Shown: positions 51,628-61,067 of the stretch, piece by piece
Layout: each line of letters opens with the position of its first letter
Position numbering within the stretch: position 1 is the stretch's first letter
Assembly: GCA_048885535.1 (NCBI GenBank)
Contig: JBHLLO010000007.1
Span: 1-64,000, forward strand
From: Candidatus Hermodarchaeota archaeon
GTDB lineage: Archaea; Asgardarchaeota; Lokiarchaeia; Sigyniarchaeales; SOKP01
DNA length: 64,000 nucleotides
Reading direction: 5' to 3'
Notes under the pieces: model-generated
The model's database searches: none
What the model was told of the DNA's origin: nothing
What the model saw: only the letters and a program-made list of their open reading frames with translations
Translations under genes and position numbers: made by a program

Positions 51628-52539
51628 TTATCCTAGTATATCATGCAAATGATAGTTAAACTTTCCTAGATTACCACCATAATTTCCTGCAGAAATTTTA
51701 TTAACACCGGGAATCATTACAGCTGCATTTATTCCTAATTTCATTGCCTTTCTAATAGCATCTTCAGTGGCTCCATCCAAGATTACTTCATAAACACAAT
51801 TATCATTTTCATCTAATTCTGAATTCTCACTTTTCCCTCTCAAAGTAGGACAGAGAGGATCATTTGTTGATGCTTTAAGAAAAGAATATTTAGAACCTAC
51901 TTTTGAGCCAGATCTTGCAATACCTCCTGGAAAAGGTGTAATAACGTTCTCAACATCCTTTATTGCATCAATTGCAGCTTCAGCAGCTTTTAACCCTGCA
52001 TCTTGATTCTGAGCAAGTATTAGAAAATTTCCTCCAGCAATACCTTTTCCAACCTTAAAATTACTCTGAACTATAAATTCTCCGTCCATTACTGGAATTT
52101 TCCATACCTCAAATGGATAAAGACCTTCCCCTTGTTCTTCAAATTTGTCACCAAAAAATTTTAGCTTGTAGCCGGTTTTAATTTCAAATTCTTTATCTGG
52201 ATCAACTGAACCTTTAATTGCATCAAAACAAGCTGTAGTCGGACATGTCAAAATACATTGTCCAATCCTGTTCAGTAGTACATTATCCATCTGATCTTTT
52301 TTCGTTTTAAAGAACATTAAAATGACCCCTGGACGTTTATCAGGTGTTTCTTCTGCAGGAACAAAAACATCAATGCCAGCTTCAGAATCACAGTGAATAG
52401 TAGATGTTCCATACCCCGTTGCTACATTTGCGGCAATCTTTACCCATTTCTCATTTTTAGCAGTTACTAATATTCGTGTAAAAACCGAGGCAAAAGCCTC
52501 ACAAAATGTATCTACAATCTCAATTCCATTTATTTGCAT
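51628..52539 (-). CDS. ftr: Formylmethanofuran--tetrahydromethanopterin N-formyltransferase
   Basis: INGIEIVDTFCEAF, TPDKRPG, RIGQCILTCPTTA, PFPGGIARSGSKVGS and SAGNYGGNLG. Confidence 0.95.
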   Translation of the reverse strand: MQINGIEIVDTFCEAFASVFTRILVTAKNEKWVKIAANVATGYGTSTIHCDSEAGIDVFVPAEETPDKRPGVILMFFKTKKDQMDNVLLNRIGQCILTCPTTACFDAIKGSVDPDKEFEIKTGYKLKFFGDKFEEQGEGLYPFEVWKIPVMDGEFIVQSNFKVGKGIAGGNFLILAQNQDAGLKAAEAAIDAIKDVENVITPFPGGIARSGSKVGSKYSFLKASTNDPLCPTLRGKSENSELDENDNCVYEVILDGATEDAIRKAMKLGINAAVMIPGVNKISAGNYGGNLGKFNYHLHDILG

Positions 52540-52709
52540 TTTAAAAACAGCCTTTATTTTTTAATAGATAGCATTTATAATTAGACATCGGTTTTATATA
52601 AAATTATAAAAGTTATGCATCAGAATTTAAAAAAATATTAAAAATAGTGGGAAATTGTAAGTTAAATAATAGCTTAAATAAATATTATATTTTAGAAATG
52701 TGAATTAAA

Positions 52710-53552
52710 ATGATTGAAGAAGGCAAAATACTAAATATCGGCATTCTTAAAAATGGAACAATTGGGGCTTCTGTTTTGCTTGCTTTTCTTCTGGATGAGC
52801 GTGCTGAGTCAACAAGGATAAATGTTCGCGAAGTCACGTCTGGAGCAAAAATGCATCCACCAGAAGAGTGTGTGGAAACAATGAAAAAATTATTAGACCT
52901 TAATCCAGAATTAATCTTAATGTCAAGTCCTAATGCTGCATTAAAGGGACCAAAAGCTGCTCGAGAATTAGCAGGGAATATCCCGACTATAATAATATCT
53001 GATGCCCCCGCAAAAAAAGCTATTGAAGACTTCAAGGAAAAGAATATGGGTTATATTATTGTAGGATGTGATTCCATGATTGGGGCGCGAAGACCCTTCT
53101 TGGATCCTGTTGAAATGAGTTGCTTTAATGCAGATCTATTAAAAGTTCTCGCTATTACTGGAGCTTTGAATGTGATTGTAAATGAAATTAATAAAGTAAT
53201 AATAGATATGTTAGATGGGAGAACTCCTACATTACCTCAGATAGAAATTGATGCTAATATCGCTACTGAAGCTGCTGGATTCACAAATCCTTATGCGAAA
53301 GCAAAAGTGATTGCTGCTTTTGAAATAGCTGCCTCAGTTTCCAAGATAACAGGAAAAGCTTGTTTTGTGTTAAAAGAAAGAGAAGATTATATGCCTTTAT
53401 TAGCTGCTGCTCATGAAATGATGCGTACAGCAGCCATTATGTGTGATCAAGCAAGAGAGATTGAAAAATCAAATGACACAGTATTGCGAACACCACATCA
53501 TGCTAAACAGCATATTTTGACGAAGAGAGCGCTTATGGAAAAAGAAGAATAA
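52710..53552 (+). CDS. mtd: F420-dependent methylene-H4MPT dehydrogenase
   Basis: LLDERAE, SGAKMHP, SPNAAL.GP, MIGARRPFLDPVEM, NPYAKAK and VLRTPH. Confidence 0.95.
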   Translation: MIEEGKILNIGILKNGTIGASVLLAFLLDERAESTRINVREVTSGAKMHPPEECVETMKKLLDLNPELILMSSPNAALKGPKAARELAGNIPTIIISDAPAKKAIEDFKEKNMGYIIVGCDSMIGARRPFLDPVEMSCFNADLLKVLAITGALNVIVNEINKVIIDMLDGRTPTLPQIEIDANIATEAAGFTNPYAKAKVIAAFEIAASVSKITGKACFVLKEREDYMPLLAAAHEMMRTAAIMCDQAREIEKSNDTVLRTPHHAKQHILTKRALMEKEE

Positions 53553-53585
53553 TAATTTTTTTAAACATTTTTTTCATACTTTTTA

Positions 53586-54569
53586 TTAAAAATCAGAATT
53601 CCCTAAATATTTCTTTAAATTTTCAAAATCCTCTCCTGTTAGAGTTTCCATCACACCTGAAAAAACTTCATTAGTTTTATTGTGGGTAACAGCCATCAAG
53701 ACTGAACCATTACTTACTTCCTTAACGAGGATGTAATTATTCTCACTTTCGTAAATAATAGTTGTTAATTCTAAAGGAGTAACCGAACTACTCATAAGCT
53801 CCATAATTTTCGTAAAAATTTGGTAAATATTAGAATCAAGTGTTCCAATTTCAAATTTCATAAATTGAAGAGGTTTTGTTTCAATTTTTCCTAATGTTGA
53901 TGCAATGAGTAAACCATCAGGCTGATTGAATAATAGATACTCTGATAAAGTATTTATCTTAAGTTGATCTAATAAATGCCTTATTTTGCCTAGCTTTTGT
54001 AAAGCAAGTGTATTTTTCTGGATTTCATAATCTAATATTTCTATTAAACGGTGTTGGGCGCTACCTTCTTTTACGGAGACGGGGGTGAATGCCAGCTTTA
54101 CTTTTATATCGTCTGATATTCCTTTAATTAAATAATTGTAGAGCTGATCTTCTTTTGAATCTTGTAAATCAATCTTATTTAATAGAACATAAACAGTTTC
54201 TATCTGCGGGCTAAATTCAAAAATAAATGTCAGAAATTTCTCAAAAATCTCTTTTACTCGAGAATCAATAACAGTAGCCTCCGCCATAAAAATGGCTGTT
54301 GAAACCTCGGAAAATATGAGTTCTCGCTGATTTTCGGAAAAATATCTCTCCATATAACGTTCTTGACCGCCGGCATCCCAGACTTCTCAGAAATCACCGA
54401 ATTGGCGAGATCAGTTGAGTTCCATGATGCCGCGGAAGATAAAATTCTCTCTTGAAATGCCCTTGGTAGGTTTGAGATTCAAAACTTTCATAAAGTTATA
54501 TCCTAAGCATGTCGTCCTCATTAAGCTTGTCTTTCCGGCATTTTGTGGACCAAATAATAAAATCTTCAT
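53586..54569 (-). CDS. Rag/Gtr1-like small GTPase with a C-terminal roadblock/longin-like domain; split gene join(54569..54414, 54383..53586), 317 aa if spliced
   Basis: Exon 1 (52 codons) is MKILLFGPQNAGKTS (G1)...KPTKG (G2)...FRGIMELN. Exon 2 is VWDAGGQERYMERYF (G3)...NKID (G4) followed by roadblock-like 'YLLFNQPDGLLIAST'. The ORF track reports only the 255-aa distal part. Confidence 0.88.
54384..54413 (-). other. Putative 30-nt bulge-helix-bulge (tRNA-type) intron in mRNA
   Basis: UGAUCUCGCCAAUUCGGUGAUUUCUGAGAA with two in-frame UGA. Central helix CUCA/UGAG with 3-nt bulges AC^U and AA^G; cutting after the 2nd bulge nucleotide restores ELN-VWDAGGQ. Confidence 0.85.
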
Positions 54570-54784
54570 TTTTCAACATTATTTAAAATTGACTATATAA
54601 TATATTTCTTATAAGATTGTCTTTATATAATTTTTTCTAATTTATCTACAACTAATAGCATTTAGTAAGAAGACTAAATCTGTACGATTCAATTAAATAT
54701 CATTTTTAATTACTTTTATTAGTATAAACACTTAAAATTCTATAACAAGATATATTTTAAAATGAAAATTAAAGGTTTTTACTA

Positions 54785-55312
54785 ATGGATTTAGAGCAGT
54801 ATATCAGAAACGTTCCAGATTGGCCTAAACCTGGGATTCAATTTAAAGATGTCACAACATTGTGCAAGGCTACTGCCCCTTTTAAGGAATCTTGTGATCA
54901 AATAATTAATTATTATAAAGATAAAAGAATAGATAAAGTAGCAGCAATAGAAGCTAGAGGTTATGTATGGGGGGGCGTAATAGCCTATCAATTAGATGCA
55001 GGTTTTGTTTTAATAAGAAAACCGGGAAAACTGCCATATAAAACAATTAGCGAGACTTATGAGCTTGAATATGGTACTGACACTATAGAAATGCATATTG
55101 ATGCCATTGAAAAAGGGGAAAGAGTTTTGCTATTTGATGATTTACTAGCAACTGGAGGTACAGCAAAAGCTGCTTGTAGTTTGATTGAAAAATCTGGTGG
55201 GACAGTTATTGGAATTGCATTTATAATTGAACTTATTGGAAGTTTACATGGAAGGGATCTTATACAAGAGTATGATATTTTATCATTATTAAAAATACCA
55301 GTAGAAGAATAG
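54785..55312 (+). CDS. apt: Adenine phosphoribosyltransferase
   Basis: IRNVPDWPKPGIQFKDVT, EARG, IRKPGKLP, YELEYGTD and DDLLATGGT. Confidence 0.95.
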   Translation: MDLEQYIRNVPDWPKPGIQFKDVTTLCKATAPFKESCDQIINYYKDKRIDKVAAIEARGYVWGGVIAYQLDAGFVLIRKPGKLPYKTISETYELEYGTDTIEMHIDAIEKGERVLLFDDLLATGGTAKAACSLIEKSGGTVIGIAFIIELIGSLHGRDLIQEYDILSLLKIPVEE

Positions 55313-55472
55313 TATTCTCATAATTAAATTCTAATCTTCCTATTTTTTTGAAAATTAAGCACATATTTTTCCTGAGATTGTTAAATAATTAATTTAAGGC
55401 TGAAAATTTAAATAATTCTTACTACTTTATACTCACAATATTAAATTTAATACACAAAAAGGTGTAGATCTG

Positions 55473-56570
55473 ATGAAAAATAAGACCGAAAACATAAAAA
55501 AAACACCACTTTATGATACACACGTCAAACTAGGTGCAAGAATGGTTGAATTTGCAGGTTTTTATATGCCAGTGCAGTTTGAGAGCATTATAAAAGAGCA
55601 CCAAACAGTACGTTCAAATGCGGGAGTTTTTGATATTTCACATATGGGGGAATTTTTACTGGAAGGAAAGGATGTAGTACAATTTCTCCAATACATAATG
55701 ATTAATGATTTAAAATTACTGGAGCCGTCTAAAGGGCAATATTCGATAATGTGTTATGATAATGGGACCGTTGTTGATGACTTAGTTTACTATGAGGAGA
55801 CTCCCGAAAAGTTTAGAATGATCGTAAATGCTGGGAATATAGATAAAGATTTGAAATGGTTAAACAGTCACATTGAAAATCGAGACGTACAAATTACAAA
55901 CTTATCTGATAAGCGCTGTAGATTAGCGTTCCAAGGAATAAAGTCGGATGAATTACTCCAACCATTACTTGATACTGACTTATCAAAGATCAATAGATTT
56001 TATTTTGTTAATTGTAATTTAAGCGATGTACCTATTTTTCTGGCTCGCACTGGATATACAGGAGAAAAAGGAGTTGAGATATCACTTGAGAACAACCATG
56101 CTGAAAAGGCATGGAACGCTTTACTTGACACAGGAGCAAGCGCCATTGGATTAGGAGCCAGAGATTCCCTTAGACTAGAGGCATGTTATTCTCTTTATGG
56201 TCACGAGATTAGCGATTCAATCACCCCTATAGAGGCAGGTCTTAATTGGCTTGCAAAGCCTAAACCAGGGATAAATTACATTGGTAAAGAAATTATAGAG
56301 AAACAAAAATCTAAGGGAACCGATAGGATTTTAGTAGGTTTAAACTTGATAGATAGGGGAATAATACGAGAAAATTATCGTATTTTCAAGGATGGACAAG
56401 AAATCGGTTATGTAACCTCAGGGGGTTTTTCACCAACTCTCGATAAGACAATTGGATTAGGTTTAGTGAAAACCCAATTCAGCAAAGTAGGTACTGAAAT
56501 AGAAATCGAAATTCGTGACAAATTATTAAAAGGACATATTGTATCTATACCATTTTTTCGAAATGTATAA
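55473..56570 (+). CDS. gcvT: Glycine cleavage system aminomethyltransferase T
   Basis: KTPLY..H..LGARMVEFAG..MPV, FDISHMGE, RTGYTGEKG and GLGARDSLRLEA. Confidence 0.95.
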   Translation: MKNKTENIKKTPLYDTHVKLGARMVEFAGFYMPVQFESIIKEHQTVRSNAGVFDISHMGEFLLEGKDVVQFLQYIMINDLKLLEPSKGQYSIMCYDNGTVVDDLVYYEETPEKFRMIVNAGNIDKDLKWLNSHIENRDVQITNLSDKRCRLAFQGIKSDELLQPLLDTDLSKINRFYFVNCNLSDVPIFLARTGYTGEKGVEISLENNHAEKAWNALLDTGASAIGLGARDSLRLEACYSLYGHEISDSITPIEAGLNWLAKPKPGINYIGKEIIEKQKSKGTDRILVGLNLIDRGIIRENYRIFKDGQEIGYVTSGGFSPTLDKTIGLGLVKTQFSKVGTEIEIEIRDKLLKGHIVSIPFFRNV

Positions 56571-56590
56571 TAAGAAGGATGTGTAAATGA

Positions 56591-56986
56591 ATGGAATATA
56601 AATTCCTTGATAATCTAAAGTACACCAAAACTCACGAATGGGTTAAAATAGAAGATAATGTGGCTATAGCTGGGATAACGGATTATGCTCAACACCAATT
56701 AGGGGACGTTGTTTTTATTGAGTTACCTGATAAGGGCACTAAAATTGAAAAGGATGGTGCAGTTGGAGAAATCGAATCTGTCAAAGCTGTAGGAGAAATC
56801 TTTATGCCTTTATCTGGTGAAATATTAGAAACAAATCAAAATCTTATTGATAATCCAGAACTCCTCAATACTTCACCTTATAACGATGGGTGGATTATAA
56901 GAATAAAAATATCTAACCCTGATGAGATAAAAAATCTATTATCTGTAGATGATTATAAAGATTTAGTTAAAAGTGAAGAGAAATAA
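56591..56986 (+). CDS. gcvH: Glycine cleavage system H protein
   Basis: YTKTHEWV, GITDYAQHQLGDVVFIELP and ESVKA (lipoyl-Lys). Confidence 0.95.
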   Translation: MEYKFLDNLKYTKTHEWVKIEDNVAIAGITDYAQHQLGDVVFIELPDKGTKIEKDGAVGEIESVKAVGEIFMPLSGEILETNQNLIDNPELLNTSPYNDGWIIRIKISNPDEIKNLLSVDDYKDLVKSEEK

Positions 56987-57041
56987 CTTTTTTTTTACCT
57001 ATTAATTCATTTTTTTATTAAATTGTATGAGTTGTTAAATA

Positions 57042-58382
57042 GTGGATTATATACCACATGATGAAAAAACAATTGAAAGAATGCTCAAAATTATTGGCTT
57101 AAATAATTTAGATGATTTATTTCAAGATATCCCAAACGATTTAAAGATTAATAAATTGAATTTACCTTCAGGGTTATCTGAACCAGATTTACTAAAGTAT
57201 TTGAAAAAATTATCCTCACAAAATAAAGTATATTCAAACTGTTTTTTAGGAGCGGGATGTTATTATCATTATATTCCGTCTGTAGTCGATTTTATAATTC
57301 AACGTTCAGAATTCTATACCTCCTATACACCTTATCAAGCAGAATCAAGTCAAGGATTCTTACAGGCTATTTATGAGTATCAAACTATAATTTCCCGAAT
57401 AACTCAGATGGATATTGCGAATGCAAGTATGTATGATGGTTCAACTGCATTAGCAGAAGCTGCAATAATGACTACAACTATTAGTGGTAAAGATTTGATA
57501 TTATTACTAGAAGGGATTCATCCGGAATATATAGAAGTAGTGAAAACATATTGTTGGGGACAAGGAATTAAGTACAAAATTATTAAATTTGAAGATTTAA
57601 AAGATGAGATTACAGAAGATGTAGCAGGATTGTTATTTCAAAGTCCTAATTTTTTTGGTGAAATTGAGAATATTGAGAATTTAGTTGAAATTGTTCGTCA
57701 AAAATCAGGAAAGTGTTTAATTGTTCAAGTAATGACTGATCCAACTTGTTTGGGTATATTAAAATCTCCTGGAGAATTAGATATTGATATATTCGTGGCT
57801 GAAGGTCAGAGTTTTGGAATTCCTCCTTCTTTTGGAGGTCCAGGCTTAGGAATTTTTACAACTAAAGAAAAATTTATAAGAAAAGTGCCTGGTCGATTAG
57901 TTGGAAAAACAAAAGAAATTCATGGAGAAAAAACTGGATTTATATTGACCCTTCAAGCTCGCGAGCAACATATACGAAGAGAGAAAGCAAGTTCAAATAT
58001 CTGTACTAATCAAGCTCTATGTTCATTAGCTGCTTTAATATATCTTTTAGCGCTAGGTAAAACTGGATTAAGAGAGATTGCTACTCAAAATTTTCAAAAG
58101 GCTCATTTTCTTAAAAATGAATTAAAAAAAATTTCAGGTTATGAAATTTTAAACAAGAAACCAACGTACAATGAATTTCTGTTAAAATGTCCCGACATTG
58201 AACGATTAATTAGTGAATGTAAGAAGAAAGAATTACTTCCTCCTTTAAATTTATCAAAATATTATCCAAAATTAAAAAATACTGCTTTAGTGTGTGTTAC
58301 AGAGGCAACTTCTCGAGAAGCAATAGAAAAGTTCATAGATGTAGCAAAATTAATTATCGAAAGTAAAGAGGAGGAAATCTAA
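57042..58382 (+). CDS. gcvPA: Glycine dehydrogenase (decarboxylating) subunit 1
   Basis: YTPYQAESSQG, NASMYDG and REQHIRREKASSNICTNQ. Confidence 0.95.
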   Translation: MDYIPHDEKTIERMLKIIGLNNLDDLFQDIPNDLKINKLNLPSGLSEPDLLKYLKKLSSQNKVYSNCFLGAGCYYHYIPSVVDFIIQRSEFYTSYTPYQAESSQGFLQAIYEYQTIISRITQMDIANASMYDGSTALAEAAIMTTTISGKDLILLLEGIHPEYIEVVKTYCWGQGIKYKIIKFEDLKDEITEDVAGLLFQSPNFFGEIENIENLVEIVRQKSGKCLIVQVMTDPTCLGILKSPGELDIDIFVAEGQSFGIPPSFGGPGLGIFTTKEKFIRKVPGRLVGKTKEIHGEKTGFILTLQAREQHIRREKASSNICTNQALCSLAALIYLLALGKTGLREIATQNFQKAHFLKNELKKISGYEILNKKPTYNEFLLKCPDIERLISECKKKELLPPLNLSKYYPKLKNTALVCVTEATSREAIEKFIDVAKLIIESKEEEI

Positions 58383-58383
58383 A

Positions 58384-59820
58384 ATGAAAACCAATAATCG
58401 TTTAATTTTTGAGAAAAATATTGAAAATCCGAATAAGAATTTCATTCCTGAAATGGATATCGAAAGTAATAATATGGACAAAATTATCCCTCCTAACTAT
58501 GAACGTACAGAATTAAATATACCAGATGTCCCAGAAATTGAGATAATTAGACACTACATTAACTTAAGTCTTAAGAATTATGGAGTAGATAATGGAATTT
58601 ATCCATTAGGCTCTTGTACAATGAAATATAACCCTAAAGTCAATGAATTAGTAGCACGATTACCTGGTTTTTCTCAAATACATCCTCTCCAAGAAGAAAA
58701 CCAAGGTTCATTAAGACTTTTAAATCACCTCTCAAATTTGTTAGGTGAAATAACTGGTATGGATGGATTTACTTTACAGCCTGCCGCTGGAGCCCATGGT
58801 GAATTAGCAGGTTTGTTGATCATTAAAAAGTATTTTGAAAGTAAAAATATTAAGAAAACTAAAATAATTGTGCCCGATTCTGCTCATGGCACTAATCCTG
58901 CCTCAGCAAAAATGGCAGGGTTTTCAATTATAGAATTAGAATCTAATAGGAATGGAGAAATCCCATTAGAACAACTTGAATTTGCTATGAGACAAGACGA
59001 TGTAGCAGGGATTATGTTAACAAATCCAAATACATTAGGTGTCTTTGATCGCCAAATTAAAGAAATAACAAAAATTGTGCATGAAAATGGAGGTCTTTGT
59101 TATTATGATGGCGCAAATTTAAATCCAATGTTGGGAATTTGTAGACCTAAAGATATGGGATTTGACATAGTTCACCTAAATTTACATAAAACCTTTTCAA
59201 CTCCACATGGAGGTGGTGGACCAGGATCAGGTCCAGTTGGAGTAGTTGATAGCCTAATTAAATTTTTGCCTAAGCCATGCCTAGTTAAAACTAATGAAGG
59301 TGTCATTTGCCAAATAGACAACGAAGACTCGATCGGAAGAATAAAAGCTTTTTGGGGTAATTTTGGGGTAATTGTTAAAGCCTATAGCTACATATTATCA
59401 TTAGGAAGAGAAGGGCTTAAACGGGTAGGTCAAATTTCTGTTCTTAATGCCAACTATTTACGCGTTTTATTACAAGAAAAGTATAAACTTCCTTATAATC
59501 GTATTTGTCAGCATGAATTTGTGTTATCAGATCAAGGGATACCAAATGATATAACAACCGAAGATGTTGCTAAGAGAATTCTAGATTTTGGGATTTATGC
59601 TCCGACTATTTATTTTCCCTTAATAGTTAACGGAGCGATAATGATTGAACCTACAGAAACAGAATCAAAAAATTCTCTTGATAATTTCATTAGTGTTATG
59701 TATGAGATATATGAAGAAGCATTCAAAAATCCTGATATTATAAAAAAAGCTCCTCATAATACTCCTGTTGGACGTTTAGATGCAGTGCTAGCTGCTCGCA
59801 AACCCAAATTGCATGATTGA
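58384..59820 (+). CDS. gcvPB: Glycine dehydrogenase (decarboxylating) subunit 2
   Basis: PLGSCTMKYNP, SAHGTNPASA and HLNLHKTFSTPHGGGGPGSGP (PLP Lys). Confidence 0.95.
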   Translation: MKTNNRLIFEKNIENPNKNFIPEMDIESNNMDKIIPPNYERTELNIPDVPEIEIIRHYINLSLKNYGVDNGIYPLGSCTMKYNPKVNELVARLPGFSQIHPLQEENQGSLRLLNHLSNLLGEITGMDGFTLQPAAGAHGELAGLLIIKKYFESKNIKKTKIIVPDSAHGTNPASAKMAGFSIIELESNRNGEIPLEQLEFAMRQDDVAGIMLTNPNTLGVFDRQIKEITKIVHENGGLCYYDGANLNPMLGICRPKDMGFDIVHLNLHKTFSTPHGGGGPGSGPVGVVDSLIKFLPKPCLVKTNEGVICQIDNEDSIGRIKAFWGNFGVIVKAYSYILSLGREGLKRVGQISVLNANYLRVLLQEKYKLPYNRICQHEFVLSDQGIPNDITTEDVAKRILDFGIYAPTIYFPLIVNGAIMIEPTETESKNSLDNFISVMYEIYEEAFKNPDIIKKAPHNTPVGRLDAVLAARKPKLHD

Positions 59821-59856
59821 GTCATTTTGGGATAAAAGGATTTTCTTAAAAATAAG

Positions 59857-60855
59857 TTATATTCTTTCTAATTCTGGTGGAGTATAACCGTAAGTATTGA
59901 AGAATCTTCTCCTAATTTGTTCAATTTCAAAGTTTTGAGTTTGAGCTCCACTTGTTTCAATAACAAATGAACCCATTATAGAGCCTAATCTACAGGAATC
60001 CAAAATAGTCATATTTAAAATCAAACCGCTTAATACTCCTGCTCTATAACCGTCTCCCGCTCCTGTAGTATCCTCTATTTTTACAGGAGTTGCTATTGGG
60101 ATACTTATCTTAAAAATCTTATTTTTATCATCTTTATATATCAACTCTGAACCTTTTGAACTCTTAGTTATAATAATTGCTTTAACAAGTTTAATTATCT
60201 CATCTTCAGTCAATTCTGTTTTCTTTTTTATTTGTTCTATTTCATAAATATTTCCAATGATAATTTCTGATTTTTTTATAATGTTAATTAAAAGTTCTCT
60301 TGGAAAAAGTGGTGTTACTTGACCGGGATCAAAAATTGTAGGAATTTTCAACGTAAATAGTTGATCTGCAAAATTACTCATAGCTTCAACACTCTGCGTG
60401 GAATTGATAGCATAAGCGAATTCCTCAGGATTTTGAATTTTTTCATTTAACTTAATATCTTTACACTTTTCTAAAGCACCACCATGAAAAACAATCATCT
60501 GATTAGATTTAATATCATTTACGATATAACAAGCAGCAGTATATAAATCATCATATTCATCAATGGAGAGTTCAATATTTTTAAACTGTTTAACATGATC
60601 CTTATAACCTAAACTATCAAAATCCTTTCCTACAGATCCTACTAAGACAACCTTTGCGATATTTAATAAGCCTAAATTATAAGCTATATTTCCTGCAGTC
60701 CCACCAAAATGTAAATTACGGCTATCAGCAGTTATAGTGCTTTGATATTCTTCCTTTTCATGATCAATTGATACCGCGTTAACAAAATTTTCTTTAAAGC
60801 TCATAATGTAATCAAAAGCCAATGATCCAAGAACTAGAACTTTTGTTTTAGCCAT
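59857..60855 (-). CDS. PfkB-family nucleoside kinase (adenosine kinase-like)
   Basis: GSLAFDYIM, FGGTAGNIAYNL, FDPGQ and DTTGAGDGYRAG. Confidence 0.88.
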   Translation of the reverse strand: MAKTKVLVLGSLAFDYIMSFKENFVNAVSIDHEKEEYQSTITADSRNLHFGGTAGNIAYNLGLLNIAKVVLVGSVGKDFDSLGYKDHVKQFKNIELSIDEYDDLYTAACYIVNDIKSNQMIVFHGGALEKCKDIKLNEKIQNPEEFAYAINSTQSVEAMSNFADQLFTLKIPTIFDPGQVTPLFPRELLINIIKKSEIIIGNIYEIEQIKKKTELTEDEIIKLVKAIIITKSSKGSELIYKDDKNKIFKISIPIATPVKIEDTTGAGDGYRAGVLSGLILNMTILDSCRLGSIMGSFVIETSGAQTQNFEIEQIRRRFFNTYGYTPPELERI

Positions 60856-61067
60856 AAAACTTCAAAAATATGTATCTCAATATATTATATTAAATATTTT
60901 CTACTTTTAAATCTTATTTTAAGATGGTTCTAAGGGTAATGAAATAATAGTAATTCTTTTATGTATCCTATTTATAGTTCGCTTTATTTTTATGAATAAA
61001 TTATATTAGAACTAGAGTTTTTAACTATATAATATTATGAATTAAAATCTCAAAATGATGAAGGATA

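Noticed and set aside
54384-54413. Two in-frame UGA codons as selenocysteine or stop readthrough (Lokiarchaeia can encode Sec)
   Set aside because: Readthrough would put 10 extra residues into the beta strand just before G3, at positions that are not Cys sites. I saw no SECIS, and the BHB geometry explains both boundaries exactly.
53586-54569. Rag-like gene as a pseudogene
   Set aside because: All GTPase motifs are intact, there are no other lesions, there is no target-site duplication around the insert, and the exon flanks show structure-preserving codon choice.
54415-54600. 61-aa plus-strand ORF
   Set aside because: Antisense shadow of GTPase exon 1.
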